Of a stretch of 64,000 nt of DNA, positions 37,654 through 49,613 are shown one piece after another. A model generated the notes under the pieces. The model saw only the letters and a program-made list of their open reading frames with translations, searched no databases and was not told the origin of the DNA. Origin of the DNA: Pararobbsia alpina (GTDB lineage Bacteria > Pseudomonadota > Gammaproteobacteria > Burkholderiales > Burkholderiaceae); contig NZ_OZ221287.1 of the NCBI RefSeq assembly GCF_965118125.1, positions 423,238 through 487,237 of the forward strand, read 5' to 3'. Each line of letters begins with the position of its first letter. Position 1 is the first letter of the stretch. The translations under genes and the position numbers were made by a program.

Positions 37654-38316
37654 GACGGCAACGTCGGCGAATGAATGGCGGGGGCGCATTGTGCACCATG
37701 TTTCCCGAACCCGCCGCGCTCGCCTCCCGCCGGACCCTCGCCCCCTGTCTGACATCGCGCTGGATACATATCGGTACGTAAGCGCCGTGTGTACACACGC
37801 CTCAAATCCCGCTTTTTGCAACACCGCGCAACGCCCGATCGCCCGGAGAGCATTGCCTGGAGCGGGTATACGAGAGGCTGTCCGAATTCACATACTTTGA
37901 GAGCACAAATCACGTCGCATGAATACAACGTTCGGCGAAAGCGCTTTCGGCGCTTATTTCCAATTACTGCCTCGGCAGTCGATCAATAATAATATTCTCT
38001 GATTATAAGTAACGTGTTTATTATCTACGAGTTATTAAATTTCAAATCGTTTCAAGGCATTGTTTATAAAGGGATCGTGGTTTTAGCGACCTGTTCAATC
38101 TGACTATTTTCATCCCGTACATCATCCTTTTACCCTCCGCAAGCTTCTGATTGCACAGCGTTTTCCCTAAGCCAGACGGTGAGTCCCCGCCAAAAATGTG
38201 AAACCTATAATTGCGCCGAAATGTGAAAGAGACATTTCGCATGTTCGGACGCTTTGGCGGCTGAGAAATGCCGACATTCGGGGCGCTACCCGCGTTTTAA
38301 TCATCGAGGAGACGTA

Positions 38317-39456
38317 ATGAAAAAGGTTGTTTTGACCACGTCGCTGCTGGCGATCGCAGCCGCTGCTCAAGCCCAAAGCAGCGTTACGCTGTATGGCCGT
38401 ATCGACAACGGCTTCCAGTACGAAAACGGCCTGCCCGGCGGCCACAAGTGGAGCTTCGAGAGCGGCGATTGGGGCTGCTCCTGGTTCGGCATGCAAGGTT
38501 CTGAAGATATCGGCGGCGGCACGCAGATCATCTTCCAACTGGAAGGCCAGCTGAACACGGCCAACGGCCAACTCGCAGGCGCACTCTTCGGTCGTCACGC
38601 AACGATCGGTGCAACGAACGCTGCCTACGGTACGTTCAAGTTGGGTAACCTCGGCGCTGGCGAAATCCAGCAGGATTCGTGGGGTCTCGACCCGCAGCTG
38701 ATGCAGCGTTATGCAATTTCGACGCTGGTCCGTGGTCGTAACTGGTCGAGCGCAGCGAACGGCTTCGAGTATTCGACGCCGAACCTGTGGGGCCTGACGG
38801 TCAAGGGTCAGTATGACGTGACCAACAACTACAACTGGAACCAGGCTTCGTCGCCGACCGGCCAAGGCCGTACCGACGGTATCGAACTGGTTTATGACCT
38901 GGGTCCCCTCGAACTGCGCGGCATCTATGACGAAGTCCGCAGCGCCGCAGGCACGTTCGACAACGTCTACGCTCACTCGCGTTCGATCATGGGCGGCGGT
39001 ACGTACACGCTCGGTCCGGTCAAGATCTACGCTGGCTATCAGCACTTGAACGCTCCGGCAGCAACGGACGCAACGATGAACGTTGGCGTGGTCGGCACGG
39101 CGGGTGCGAACCCGGCAGGCGTGACGGCACCGACTTCGGTTGATCACGAATGGGGTGGTGTGGCCTGGCAAGCAACGCCGGCTGCAGCTCTGACGGCCGC
39201 TGTGTACCACACGAACGCCAACCACGGTAACGGCAATGCGACGATGTACACGCTCGCAGGCACGTACAACTTGTCGAAGCGCACGTTCGTGTACACGGAA
39301 TTCGGCTACATCCATAACAGCTCGACGTCGAATATCGACCTCGGCAACGACGGTTATGGCAACAGCACGGATAGCACCGGCGCGATCGTCGGCAACAACC
39401 CGGCTTATGGCCACAGCCAGACGGGCGTGTTCGCCGGGATCATGACGGCGTTCTAA
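38317..39456 (+). CDS. Outer-membrane general porin (Burkholderia OpcP/Omp38-like)
   Basis: RBS GAGGAG, signal peptide MKKVVLTTSLLAIAAAAQA, SVTLYGRIDNGFQY N-terminus and a C-terminal Phe (AGIMTAF). An AT-rich promoter island lies upstream. Confidence 0.8.
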   Translation: MKKVVLTTSLLAIAAAAQAQSSVTLYGRIDNGFQYENGLPGGHKWSFESGDWGCSWFGMQGSEDIGGGTQIIFQLEGQLNTANGQLAGALFGRHATIGATNAAYGTFKLGNLGAGEIQQDSWGLDPQLMQRYAISTLVRGRNWSSAANGFEYSTPNLWGLTVKGQYDVTNNYNWNQASSPTGQGRTDGIELVYDLGPLELRGIYDEVRSAAGTFDNVYAHSRSIMGGGTYTLGPVKIYAGYQHLNAPAATDATMNVGVVGTAGANPAGVTAPTSVDHEWGGVAWQATPAAALTAAVYHTNANHGNGNATMYTLAGTYNLSKRTFVYTEFGYIHNSSTSNIDLGNDGYGNSTDSTGAIVGNNPAYGHSQTGVFAGIMTAF

Positions 39457-39691
39457 TCGACGCGCGTTCAGAACTCTCCGCGGTACCTGTAGTGCAATAA
39501 GTTGCTAACAACGTAAGCAGTATTCTTGACCAGCTACTCGTAGAAGGGCCGGTGTGACGCTTCCCCAGCGGCGTCCCACCGGTTTTGTTTTTTGTGGGCG
39601 CGAACTCTCTGCAGTTCACCAGGCTGTTGCAACGCGTCAAAGGGTTTCTCCCATATTTGAAAGCGCTTGCATGCCCCCTACACTGCGAAGC

Positions 39692-40756
39692 ATGAGTGAT
39701 CCGACTTCGCGTTCCAGTAACGTCACCCTTGAAGAAATCGCGCGTGCGGCCGGTGTGTCGCCGAGCACGGTTTCGCGCATTCTGAACGGGACGGCTCGCG
39801 TTTCTGATGCGAAGCAACAGGCCGTCGAAAAGGCGATCGCGGAATTTCATTACCAGCCGAATGTGCTGGCCCGCAGTCTTGCAAGCGGACGTACGAATAC
39901 GATCGGTGTCCTCACGCAAGCCATTGCGAGTCCGTTCTACGGAGAATGGCTGCGCGGCATTGAAGACACCTTGCTTGATCCGGGCCTGACGCCCTTGTTC
40001 GTCAGCAGTCATTGGAGCCCGGCGGAAGAGGCTGCGCGGCTCGAGCAGCTGCTCGCGCGTCGTGTTGATGGCGTCATCATTCTTCACGGCCAGATCTCGG
40101 AAGAGCTGCTCGTACGCTACTCGGCGCGCGCGCCGCTCGTCGTGCTGGGCCGGTCACTCGAGCCGCATCCTTCGCTCGCCTGCCTGCCGATCGACAACGA
40201 AACGGGCGCGCGCGACGCGACCGCGCATTTGATCGGTCTCGGCCACCGCGACATCGCATTTGTCGCGGGCCCGCCTGATCACGGCGATTCAACCGAGCGC
40301 TTCGTCGGATATCAGGCGGCACTGGCGGCTGCGGGCATTGCGTTCGACGAGTCGCTCGTCGTCGAGGCCGATTTCACGGAAGCCGGCGGTTTTCGCGCCA
40401 TGGAGCGCCTGTTCGAAACGGCTCCCCAGCTGACGGCGGTGTTCTGCTCGAATGACCAGATGGCCTATGGCGCGCGCCTCGCGCTGTACCGGCGCGGCCT
40501 GCGGGTGCCTGAAGACATTTCCCTCGTGGGCTTCGACGATCTGCCAACGTCCATCTATATGACGCCGCCGTTGACCACCGTGCGTCAGCCGACCTATGAG
40601 ATCGGCTGTCTCGCTGCGCGCGCGGTGGTGCAGCTGATCCGGGGCGAGACGGTGACGATGGACCCCGTGCCGCTGACACTGGAAATACGCGAAACCACGC
40701 AGCGCCGCAACGCGGTCGACACACTCGATCGGACACCTGACGAAATCGCAGGATAA
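39692..40756 (+). CDS. LacI-family transcriptional regulator
   Basis: N-terminal HTH VTLEEIARAAGVSPSTVSRILNG plus a periplasmic-binding-protein-like sugar-binding core. Confidence 0.8.
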   Translation: MSDPTSRSSNVTLEEIARAAGVSPSTVSRILNGTARVSDAKQQAVEKAIAEFHYQPNVLARSLASGRTNTIGVLTQAIASPFYGEWLRGIEDTLLDPGLTPLFVSSHWSPAEEAARLEQLLARRVDGVIILHGQISEELLVRYSARAPLVVLGRSLEPHPSLACLPIDNETGARDATAHLIGLGHRDIAFVAGPPDHGDSTERFVGYQAALAAAGIAFDESLVVEADFTEAGGFRAMERLFETAPQLTAVFCSNDQMAYGARLALYRRGLRVPEDISLVGFDDLPTSIYMTPPLTTVRQPTYEIGCLAARAVVQLIRGETVTMDPVPLTLEIRETTQRRNAVDTLDRTPDEIAG

Positions 40757-41270
40757 GGGGATCGTTTTTTTTGCCTGCGCATGAATGCGCTTTCATGGAG
40801 AAAGGTAGCAAGACAACAAAATCACCGATCGGCATTGAGATTTTGGCCGACAGGGGTCGTACCGAATTGTTGAGGGCGGAAAACGGTGCATACAATCACC
40901 CTCCGATTTCCATCTTCAACACGGCCGCAAAAGCGCCGACGAGGAATCTGTCCAGACCTGAGTGACTAGGCACGACAGGCCCTCCAGGCTCTTCCAAGCG
41001 CGGCCGGCAGGCGATGTGTGTGCTTTTCCGGAAGTTTCCGGGAGGCGTATGCGGAACCTGGGGCACGAACCCTGGCCACGAATCGTTTCGATCTCCGGTC
41101 AGGCGCACCGCTCAGAGAAGGCGGACATCGGTACGCGGGCCGCGAACCGGTTTCTGCCGGCGCTGCGAGCCTCGCGACGTTATTGCGCACCGTACAGGCG
41201 CAACCGATCGTTAACCGGAAAAGGGCATGCTGTCAGGGCTGTCCAGTATCGAAATCAGGAGACGTAAAAG

Positions 41271-42389
<1,119 letters not shown>

Positions 42390-42650
42390 TGTAGCGGGAA
42401 AAGCTTCGCGCAGTGCATGCCCCGGTACGTCCGAGGCATGCGGCGCGCGGAGCGAGCGTTCGGCAGCAGTCGTTTCTGGCTGCTCGAGCGGGTGCGCCGG
42501 ACATCCCGGCGCACTTCGCAAGCACCCCTGCAGAGCGACGCAGCGCACTCGCTGTGATGAGAAGTCGGGTCGATCAGCATGGATGCATTGAGCAGGGTTG
42601 AGTCGAGGTTCGCGTGACGGATGCCGGTACCAGCCACTAGGGAACGAAAG

Positions 42651-42899
42651 ATGGAAAAGCGAGTTTCAAAGACAGTCTTCAAGGCCAAGGCCTGTGAATT
42701 TCTACGGCATGTCGAAACGTTGGGCGAGACGGTCATCGTGACCGATCGCGGCGAGCCGACGGTCGAAATCCGGCCCTATCGCCGGCTTCAGAAAAGTCCG
42801 CTCGACGTGCTGCGCGCGTCGATCGTCCACTTCAATGGACTGGATGAACAGCCCGTGGCGGGTGAAGCAACAGCGACTGGCATCGAGAGCGGTGAATGA
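42651..42899 (+). CDS. Type II antitoxin (Phd/YefM-like), paired with VapC
   Basis: 82 aa, RBS GGGAA, ATGA overlap with the downstream PIN toxin. Confidence 0.55.
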   Translation: MEKRVSKTVFKAKACEFLRHVETLGETVIVTDRGEPTVEIRPYRRLQKSPLDVLRASIVHFNGLDEQPVAGEATATGIESGE

Positions 42900-43285
42900 T
42901 CACGTTGGACACGCATGCGCTGGTCTGCTGGCTCAGCGGCAGACGCACGCTGAGCAAAGCCGCGCGTGAAGCGATCGAAAAAGAGCTGAACGGCGGCGAG
43001 ATCCTGATTTCGTCGATCAGTGCACTGGAAGTGGCCGACCTCGTCGAAGGCGGCAAGCTCGTGTTGTCGATGGACACGCCCAGCTGGCTCGCGACCGTGG
43101 CGTCGATCGAGGGCGTCCGGATTGTCCCGGTGGATGCCGAGATCGCCTTTCGGGCCGCGCGCCTGTCGCCGACGCTGCCATCGAATCAACGCATCATCGT
43201 CGCGACCGCCCGGACGTTCGGCGGACCGCTCGTGACGCAGAACGCCAAGGTGCGGGCGCTGACCCACGTCGAAACCATCTGGTAG
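42896..43285 (+). CDS. vapC: PIN-domain toxin VapC
   Basis: MITLDTHALVCWL... with the conserved acidic residues of the PIN fold (D6, E, D, D). Confidence 0.75.
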   Translation: MITLDTHALVCWLSGRRTLSKAAREAIEKELNGGEILISSISALEVADLVEGGKLVLSMDTPSWLATVASIEGVRIVPVDAEIAFRAARLSPTLPSNQRIIVATARTFGGPLVTQNAKVRALTHVETIW

Positions 43286-43771
43286 TTCGTTCCCGATGCG
43301 CGCGGGCTCCCGTCGCGCGCGCCCCCTGTTCTGCGTTCACTGCGATGCCGGCCCGCCATGGCATTCCGCGCGTCCGCTCAAACCCCTTCAGTTATTAAGC
43401 AATGTGTCGTTAGTCGGAATAACGGCCGATACGCTTTGACCGTTGCTATTGTGTTGAATTAAACAAATACCGGGCTCGATCCTCGCGTGACTGCCGGCAT
43501 CTCTGCCAAACTGACGCTTTCGTCGAGGCTTGCCGGCCCGAATCCCGCACGCAACGCAATTCATTTGCACGCAACGGTTTAGCGTCAATTCGACCGATCT
43601 TTACCGCGCGACAATGAATTGAATGGATATGTCATCCGTTGTCCGGCGGAAAACGTTTGCACTTCTATTGAGTGGAATCGGCAGAATTCGTCGGCTTCTG
43701 TGCCGCGGGAGTATCAAGTGGGTCAGACTCACAAATTTGTAAAGTTGCTCCGGTTGTCGGGCTTTACGCCG

Positions 43772-45154
43772 ATGGCCATCGCGATGTTCGTGCTGGGAAC
43801 GGCGCTTTCGTTCACCGCACCGTATGTTTCGCTGTACGGCGTGAATCACGCCCATATGAGCCCGGGAAAACTGGGCTTCTTCATGACGATGATGGCCATC
43901 TCGGGTGTCGTCATCAGCCGCTATCTCGGCAAGCGCTCGGATGCAGCGCCCAATCGCCGGCCTTACGTGCTCGTCGCAAATCTGGCTGCCGTGATCGGTT
44001 ACGGTGGTCTCGGCCTGACGAGTAATTACTGGCTGATTCTCGTGCTGGGCTGCGTGTTCCTGGGGATCGCCGCCGCCATCCTCCCGCAGATGTTCGCTTT
44101 CTCGAAGACCGCGCTCGCGTTCTCCGACAGCGAAGAGGAAGACCTCGGACAGGCGGGGCTGCGTACGCTCGTGTCGATCGCCTGGGTATTCGGCCCCTCG
44201 ATCGGCGCCATTCTGCTGAGCCTGCTCGACTTCGACGGCCTGTTCGGTATCGCCGCGGGCTGTTTCGCGCTGGCCGGGCTCCTGGTATTCCGTGCGAAGA
44301 CGCAGCCGGCGTCCGCTTCGCACCCTGTGCATACACCGCCGGCCATGCCGCTCGACAGCGGGCTACCGGAACTGACGCTGCCCGAGCACCCGGCTGCAGC
44401 CGACGCGCCTTTGCGTCGCAACCCGCCCGCCGTCGCATCGCGCGCGTCGACGGCCACCATCGCGCAGTCGGCATCGCGGCCGGTCGCCACGAGCACAAAG
44501 ACGTCTGCGCACGGCACCATGGCCGGTGTCAAAGCCGGCGGCCAATCGCTCATGAAGCGCTTCGGCGTCGACACCACGATCCTGCTCGCCTTCACGGCGT
44601 TCACCTTCGTGGGTATGTCGGGCGCAGCCGTGATGATTGCGCTGCCCATCTATATGGTCAACGTGCTGCATGGCAATAGTCACCAGGTCGCCATGATGTT
44701 CGGCTGGGGTGCGTTGCTCGAAGTGCCGATCATGCTCGGCTTCGGGCTGAGCTCGAAACGGCTGCCCAAAAGCAAGCTGATTGCTGCGGGTGCGTTGATT
44801 CACGTCATCTATTTCATCGGCATCATGCTCGCCGACAGCGCCGAGCATCTGATACCGCTACAGGCCGCCAATGCGGTCGTCGTGTCGGTTTTCTCGTGCC
44901 TGGGCATGCAGTACTTCCAGGAATTGATGCCGAACGAGCCCGGCAGCGCGACGACGTTGTTCTTTAATACGAACCGGGTCGGTGCGATTGTCGCGGGCGT
45001 ATTGACGGGCTGGATAGCGGGAATGTTCAGCTACTGGCACGTATTCATCATGTGTGCCGTGCTGTCGAGCATTGCGTTCGTGATGCTCGTCTATCTGGCG
45101 CGGCAGGACGCGCGGGTGCGAGGCAAGGCGGGCGCTGCAAAGCTGGCACGCTGA
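43772..45154 (+). CDS. MFS transporter
   Basis: Twelve predicted TM helices with a central Ala/Pro-rich loop. The start is uncertain: the ORF opens at 43619 and the first ATG inside TM1 is at 43772. Confidence 0.65.
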   Translation: MAIAMFVLGTALSFTAPYVSLYGVNHAHMSPGKLGFFMTMMAISGVVISRYLGKRSDAAPNRRPYVLVANLAAVIGYGGLGLTSNYWLILVLGCVFLGIAAAILPQMFAFSKTALAFSDSEEEDLGQAGLRTLVSIAWVFGPSIGAILLSLLDFDGLFGIAAGCFALAGLLVFRAKTQPASASHPVHTPPAMPLDSGLPELTLPEHPAAADAPLRRNPPAVASRASTATIAQSASRPVATSTKTSAHGTMAGVKAGGQSLMKRFGVDTTILLAFTAFTFVGMSGAAVMIALPIYMVNVLHGNSHQVAMMFGWGALLEVPIMLGFGLSSKRLPKSKLIAAGALIHVIYFIGIMLADSAEHLIPLQAANAVVVSVFSCLGMQYFQELMPNEPGSATTLFFNTNRVGAIVAGVLTGWIAGMFSYWHVFIMCAVLSSIAFVMLVYLARQDARVRGKAGAAKLAR

Positions 45155-45293
45155 AGCCCCCGCTTCACATCTCCGATCATTTGCGCTCAAGCGCAAACGC
45201 CACAAGCCCGAATCAATCGGGCGAGCGAACCCCGGTCCGATAATCGGACCGGCGTGGGCGGGCTACTTTCAGATCAAAGCAGGGTAATCGCCG

Positions 45294-45641
45294 TTATTGG
45301 CGAATAAAGGCGTCTGTCGTCCAGAGGCCTTCGGTATCCCCGTTGGTGGCGCCGACGAATTCGACGTCGTGTCCGATCACCTTGATCGCGCGGAATTCGC
45401 TTTCCTGCGGCGTGTTGACGCAGTCATAACCGGTGAAGTATTGCTGGGCCTGTCCGTGTTCCCCGGCTTGTTCGTGCTGAAACGCCGAATCGAACTTGTC
45501 TTTGGAAAGACAGCCATATGATCCCGGTTTGAAATGAAAGCTCTGCGCCGGTGCGACCCCGTCCGCATGGGCAAGTGCGCCGAAGCCCATCAAGGCGGGC
45601 GTGGCAACGATGACCGAAATCACTGCTTGCTTGAGTTTCAT
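45294..45641 (-). CDS. Small secreted hypothetical protein
   Basis: Signal peptide MKLKQAVISVIVATPALMGFGALAHA. 115 aa, two Cys residues. An AT-rich promoter island lies upstream. Confidence 0.4.
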   Translation of the reverse strand: MKLKQAVISVIVATPALMGFGALAHADGVAPAQSFHFKPGSYGCLSKDKFDSAFQHEQAGEHGQAQQYFTGYDCVNTPQESEFRAIKVIGHDVEFVGATNGDTEGLWTTDAFIRQ

Positions 45642-46084
45642 ATTTTGTCTCCGTGCGAACGCATACTCAGATGAGCTATGTACTTAATTCCATTTCCCGT
45701 GTCCGCAATCTTTATGCTAGGTGAATTAATTCGTTAAACAAGGAATTTATTTGTGCGAACGCAGCACGAAAATCCGCCAGTTCTGTAAGTCGCTCAATAC
45801 CGCTATTTGCTGGCTTGATGAGCGCGATATCAGATTATTGTGCGAAGCCGCAATATCAGGGATTTCCTGATGAGTTAATGACGTGATTAATTTGATTTTG
45901 CTGCGAGCGCAAATAAGCTGCCTGAGCAGAGGACGCCAAGGCTGGAAGCGGCATTCAGGGCGGACCTGTGGCTAAAACGCATAATCCGTACAACTCCCGA
46001 TGGGCGCTGCCGGTGCGCCGCACTACATTTCGAAGCGCGGGGAGACCACCTGTTTGAAGCGTAATAACGACAAGACGGCGCGCA

Positions 46085-46114
46085 CAAAAAAACGCCCGGC
46101 GCTTGGCGCCGGGC
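46085..46114 (-). terminator. Intrinsic terminator
   Basis: AAAAAAACGCCCGGCGC-ttg-GCGCCGGGCT. Read on the minus strand this is a hairpin followed by a T-run. Confidence 0.45.
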
Positions 46115-46494
46115 TCAAACTCACCGGGTAGTAGAGACACACACTGCTAGGCTCAAAACTCCCGAGCCGATTCTCTATTCGCAAGACATATGCCCGCTCG
46201 TTCCGAGCGCGGTTTTTTTATTTCTCCGTTTCGGTATCCCCAATGAAATTGCCTCGTGGAAATCGCACTGGCAGTGCGTTTGCGCCACAAGGTGGCCAAA
46301 CGAAGATCAATTCACGATGACGATCGGGCTCGTCGCGGAGAGATTCGCTTCAAGCTTGGCGCTGTCAAAACGACAATTCATTGGAACGGGTTACTCGGCA
46401 GGGTCGAAATGCCATTTGGCGAATGTTCAATGGCAGAGGTTAATGAGCGCGCTTCATTGGCAAACCCGAAGTTCTGGCGTTCCGCACCAATGAG

Positions 46495-47370
46495 CTAAGC
46501 CGCCGGTCCTTTCGAGGGGAGATGAGCATCGGGCGCATCGTCGGTCCGGGCGAGAACGAGCACCGCGACCAGAATCATCACGCCACCGAGCAATCGAATT
46601 GGCGTCATCGCTTCCCCAAATGCCAGCCAGGCGAGCGCGATCGTGACGACGGGTTCGAGCGTCGACAGCATCGCTGCGTTGACCGGTCCGATTCGGGCCA
46701 GCCCGGCGAAGAAGCAAAGAATCGGAATCACCGTCGACACCAGCGCGACCGCCGCGACCGCAAGCCAACCGCCGGTGGAATGGGGCCAGGTTGCGCCGCG
46801 CGCCGCGACAAATGCGCCGAATACGACTGCCGCCGCCCCGCAGACGATCGTCGAGACCTGTGCCGGTGAAACGCGGGAGAGCACCCGTGTCCCGACCAGG
46901 ATGTAGACCGAGTAAATCAGCGCTGCGCCGATCGCTAGCGCGACCCCCAGCAGGTTCACCTCCCCCACCTTGCCGATCGTCACCGCCAGGCCCCCGAGCG
47001 CCAGCGCGAGTGCCACCAGCTTGGTCGCCCGAAGTTTTTCGTGGAGGAATATAGCCGCAAGCACCGTCACGATTGCCGGATAAGAATAGAGCAGCAGCGC
47101 GACGAGCCCGGGCGAGATATAGCGCAAGGCCGAGAAATAGCAGAACGACTGGCCCGCATAGCCGAGCGCGCCCATGCCCGTCACGATCAAGAGCTCCCGG
47201 CCCCGCGGAAAAGATTGGCGGCGCGCGACGGCCAGCCCGACAAATACCAGCGCCGCAAGACCGAAACGAAGAAACAGCAGCGTCATCACGTCGACGCCCG
47301 CGGCATAGGCGAATCGCGCAAAGATGGCCAGCGCGCCAAACGCGCTGGCGGAGAAAAGAATGTAGAGCAT
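46495..47370 (-). CDS. EamA/DMT-family transporter
   Basis: Ten TM helices with two EamA repeats. Start trimmed to MLYILFSASAFGALAIF. Confidence 0.7.
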   Translation of the reverse strand: MLYILFSASAFGALAIFARFAYAAGVDVMTLLFLRFGLAALVFVGLAVARRQSFPRGRELLIVTGMGALGYAGQSFCYFSALRYISPGLVALLLYSYPAIVTVLAAIFLHEKLRATKLVALALALGGLAVTIGKVGEVNLLGVALAIGAALIYSVYILVGTRVLSRVSPAQVSTIVCGAAAVVFGAFVAARGATWPHSTGGWLAVAAVALVSTVIPILCFFAGLARIGPVNAAMLSTLEPVVTIALAWLAFGEAMTPIRLLGGVMILVAVLVLARTDDAPDAHLPSKGPAA

Positions 47371-47517
47371 GGCAGCGAAGCAGAAGCGGTCGGCGCAGCG
47401 TATCAGGAAGTCGACGCGGAGGAGTCGGATGCGCAACCAACCGGTTCGGGGGCCGCGGCCAGCGCCATTCACACATGACTGACCGGATGGTTCCGGCGTC
47501 ATCAATCCGGGTTACGC

Positions 47518-48315
47518 TTGCGCATCCCATCTGCCCGGACGCGCATTCGCGTGAGGAACCACCCCATGCTGTTGGTCGAAACGCTGTTTGTGCTGCTGGT
47601 CGTCGGCTGGTACGTCGTGTTCCGCTGGCTGCCGGCCTGGCGCTGGCTCACCGTGTCCGCCGGAGCCGTGTGCATCGTGGCGGTGCTGTCCGGCTGGCTG
47701 CCTTCGCATCTGCTCGAGCGGCTCCGCGTCGCGGAGATCCGGCCATTGCCGCCGTGTGCGTCGTCGGTATCCATTGTCGTGCTCGGAGGTGGGACCCGCT
47801 TCGATGATGATCTCAACCAATACGTGCCGCAGCGCGATTCGGAAACCAAAGAACTCACGGCGCGCGCGCTCTATGAGCGGTGCAAAAGTGTGTCGGCCTC
47901 GTGCACCCTTTATTTAAGTGGTGGCGATCCTCAGAAGCACGGTATCCCCGAGGCCGAAGCTTTCCACCGCGACATGCTCGCGCTGGGCATTCCCGAACGC
48001 GACATGCGCGTCGAAGGCAAGAGTCTCAACACCTACCAGAACGCGAAATTCACCACACCGATGCTCGGCGCATTGGGCTCGACGCAGGTCTATCTGGTGA
48101 CGACGCCGTATCACATGCGTCGCGCGCTCGCGATGTTCGGTCGCTTCGGCGTCGATCCGATCGCTGTCGAATCGCCCTTGTCGCCCCCGCGCGCCCACGA
48201 CTTGCTGCGACCGATTCGACCGCTGCTCGAAAATGTCCGGTTCACGGTGATCGGCACGCATGAGTGGCTTGGCCTGTTACAGCTCAAGGTGTACTCAGCA
48301 TTGGGCTGGTACTAG
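47518..48315 (+). CDS. DUF218 (ElyC/SanA/YdcF) family protein
   Basis: N-terminal TM followed by a DUF218 core (IVVLGGG...LYLSGGD...VTTPYHMRRA). Confidence 0.65.
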   Translation: MRIPSARTRIRVRNHPMLLVETLFVLLVVGWYVVFRWLPAWRWLTVSAGAVCIVAVLSGWLPSHLLERLRVAEIRPLPPCASSVSIVVLGGGTRFDDDLNQYVPQRDSETKELTARALYERCKSVSASCTLYLSGGDPQKHGIPEAEAFHRDMLALGIPERDMRVEGKSLNTYQNAKFTTPMLGALGSTQVYLVTTPYHMRRALAMFGRFGVDPIAVESPLSPPRAHDLLRPIRPLLENVRFTVIGTHEWLGLLQLKVYSALGWY

Positions 48316-48486
48316 GCTCACCACGTCATCCGGAGCGACACAGTCCGCGTGGATATCACGCCCAGTTCCATGGCGTGATCTGCGCAAAAGTTTGCATTTG
48401 GCTAACATCGTTGTGCTGGCCGGCGGGCAGCTCTGCCCCGCCGGCCATTTTTTTTGCACCCGTTTCCCAAGAACCTGGGGCTGCCA

Positions 48487-49380
48487 ATGTCTGATGTCCT
48501 GTCGCAAGGCCAAGCCGACCACGCGATGCGGAACTGGTCTCATCCCGGGCCAGGCCGCGTCAAGATCGGATCTCGCGAGCATCTGAACATGTTCTGCGAC
48601 ATGCTGCTCGAGACGCACAACCCCTATAAGCCTGCTGTCATCGATTGGCCGACGTTGTCGCCCGAGGCATTACAGCGCGTCACGTCGTTGCCCATCTGGA
48701 ACATCGCTGTCCAGAAAGAGGGCAGCGCCTCGATCAGCGTGGAGACGTTTGCGAATACTGTCGACGACCCCTTGCTCCGGCGCGCGCTCGAGATGGACGG
48801 CAATGAGGAACTGCGCCACAAGGCTGTGCTGTCGAAGCTCGTCGAGGCATACGGTATTACGCTTGAGCCCGAACCGGACTATCCGGCGCCCAAGGACCCG
48901 GAGTGGGGCTGGATGGCGATCGGCTATGGCGAGTGCATCGACAGTTTTTTTGCGTTCGGACTCTTTGAAGTCGCGCGACGTTCGGGCTACTTTCCGCCCG
49001 AGCTGATCGAAACGTTCGAGCCTGTCATTCAGGAAGAGGGACGCCATATCCTGTTCTTCGTGAACTGGGCCGCGTGGTATCGCCGGAACATGCCGTGGTG
49101 GCGACGCCCGTGGTTCGTGGTCAAGACGGCAGCCGTCTGGGTTCATCTGATCTGGGAGCGCATCGGTCTCGCGAAGGGGCTCGACGCGGATGGCGCGGTG
49201 CAGGATACGAATTTCACCGTCAACGGAACAGGTGCGGTCGGTGTGCAACTGAGCCCGGCGCAGATGATCGATCTCTGTCTCGAGGAGAACGAGCGCCGGA
49301 TGGCCGGGTACGACCGGCGGTTGCTGCGGCCGCGCATCGTGCCATTCATGGCGCGACTGGCGCGCAGGTTCCTCAAGTAG
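48487..49380 (+). CDS. Ferritin-like/diiron-carboxylate superfamily hypothetical protein
   Basis: Paired E...EExxH-type motifs (EELRH, EEGRH) in predicted helices. The family is uncertain. Confidence 0.35.
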   Translation: MSDVLSQGQADHAMRNWSHPGPGRVKIGSREHLNMFCDMLLETHNPYKPAVIDWPTLSPEALQRVTSLPIWNIAVQKEGSASISVETFANTVDDPLLRRALEMDGNEELRHKAVLSKLVEAYGITLEPEPDYPAPKDPEWGWMAIGYGECIDSFFAFGLFEVARRSGYFPPELIETFEPVIQEEGRHILFFVNWAAWYRRNMPWWRRPWFVVKTAAVWVHLIWERIGLAKGLDADGAVQDTNFTVNGTGAVGVQLSPAQMIDLCLEENERRMAGYDRRLLRPRIVPFMARLARRFLK

Positions 49381-49613
49381 CGACCCCGGGGCCGCCGAAC
49401 GTGCGTGCTGCGTCCCCCGGTGAGGGTCGGGCCTCGCGCTTCCCGATGAGGCTCGGGCCTCGCGCGTCCCGTGCGCCGAAGGTTGGCTGAGGCCCGCTTC
49501 TTGCTGATCACGAAGCGAGTCGGATGGATCCGCGGTCCGTGCATGACGTGCGTGCTGCGATGAGGTTCATCATCGCCCCTCCGACGAGGTTTCGACCTAC
49601 CGGAGGATGGATC

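Noticed and set aside
30309-37700. tRNA-Lys-associated genomic island (NTase, SPFH, rtcR, hypotheticals, TauE, GNAT)
   Set aside because: No integrase, no direct repeat of the tRNA-Lys 3' end and no compositional break were seen (the AT-rich patch at 37900-38250 is the porin promoter). An island cannot be supported from this window alone.
38167-39414. 415-aa minus-strand ORF
   Set aside because: Antisense to the porin gene, which has a signal peptide, RBS and C-terminal Phe.
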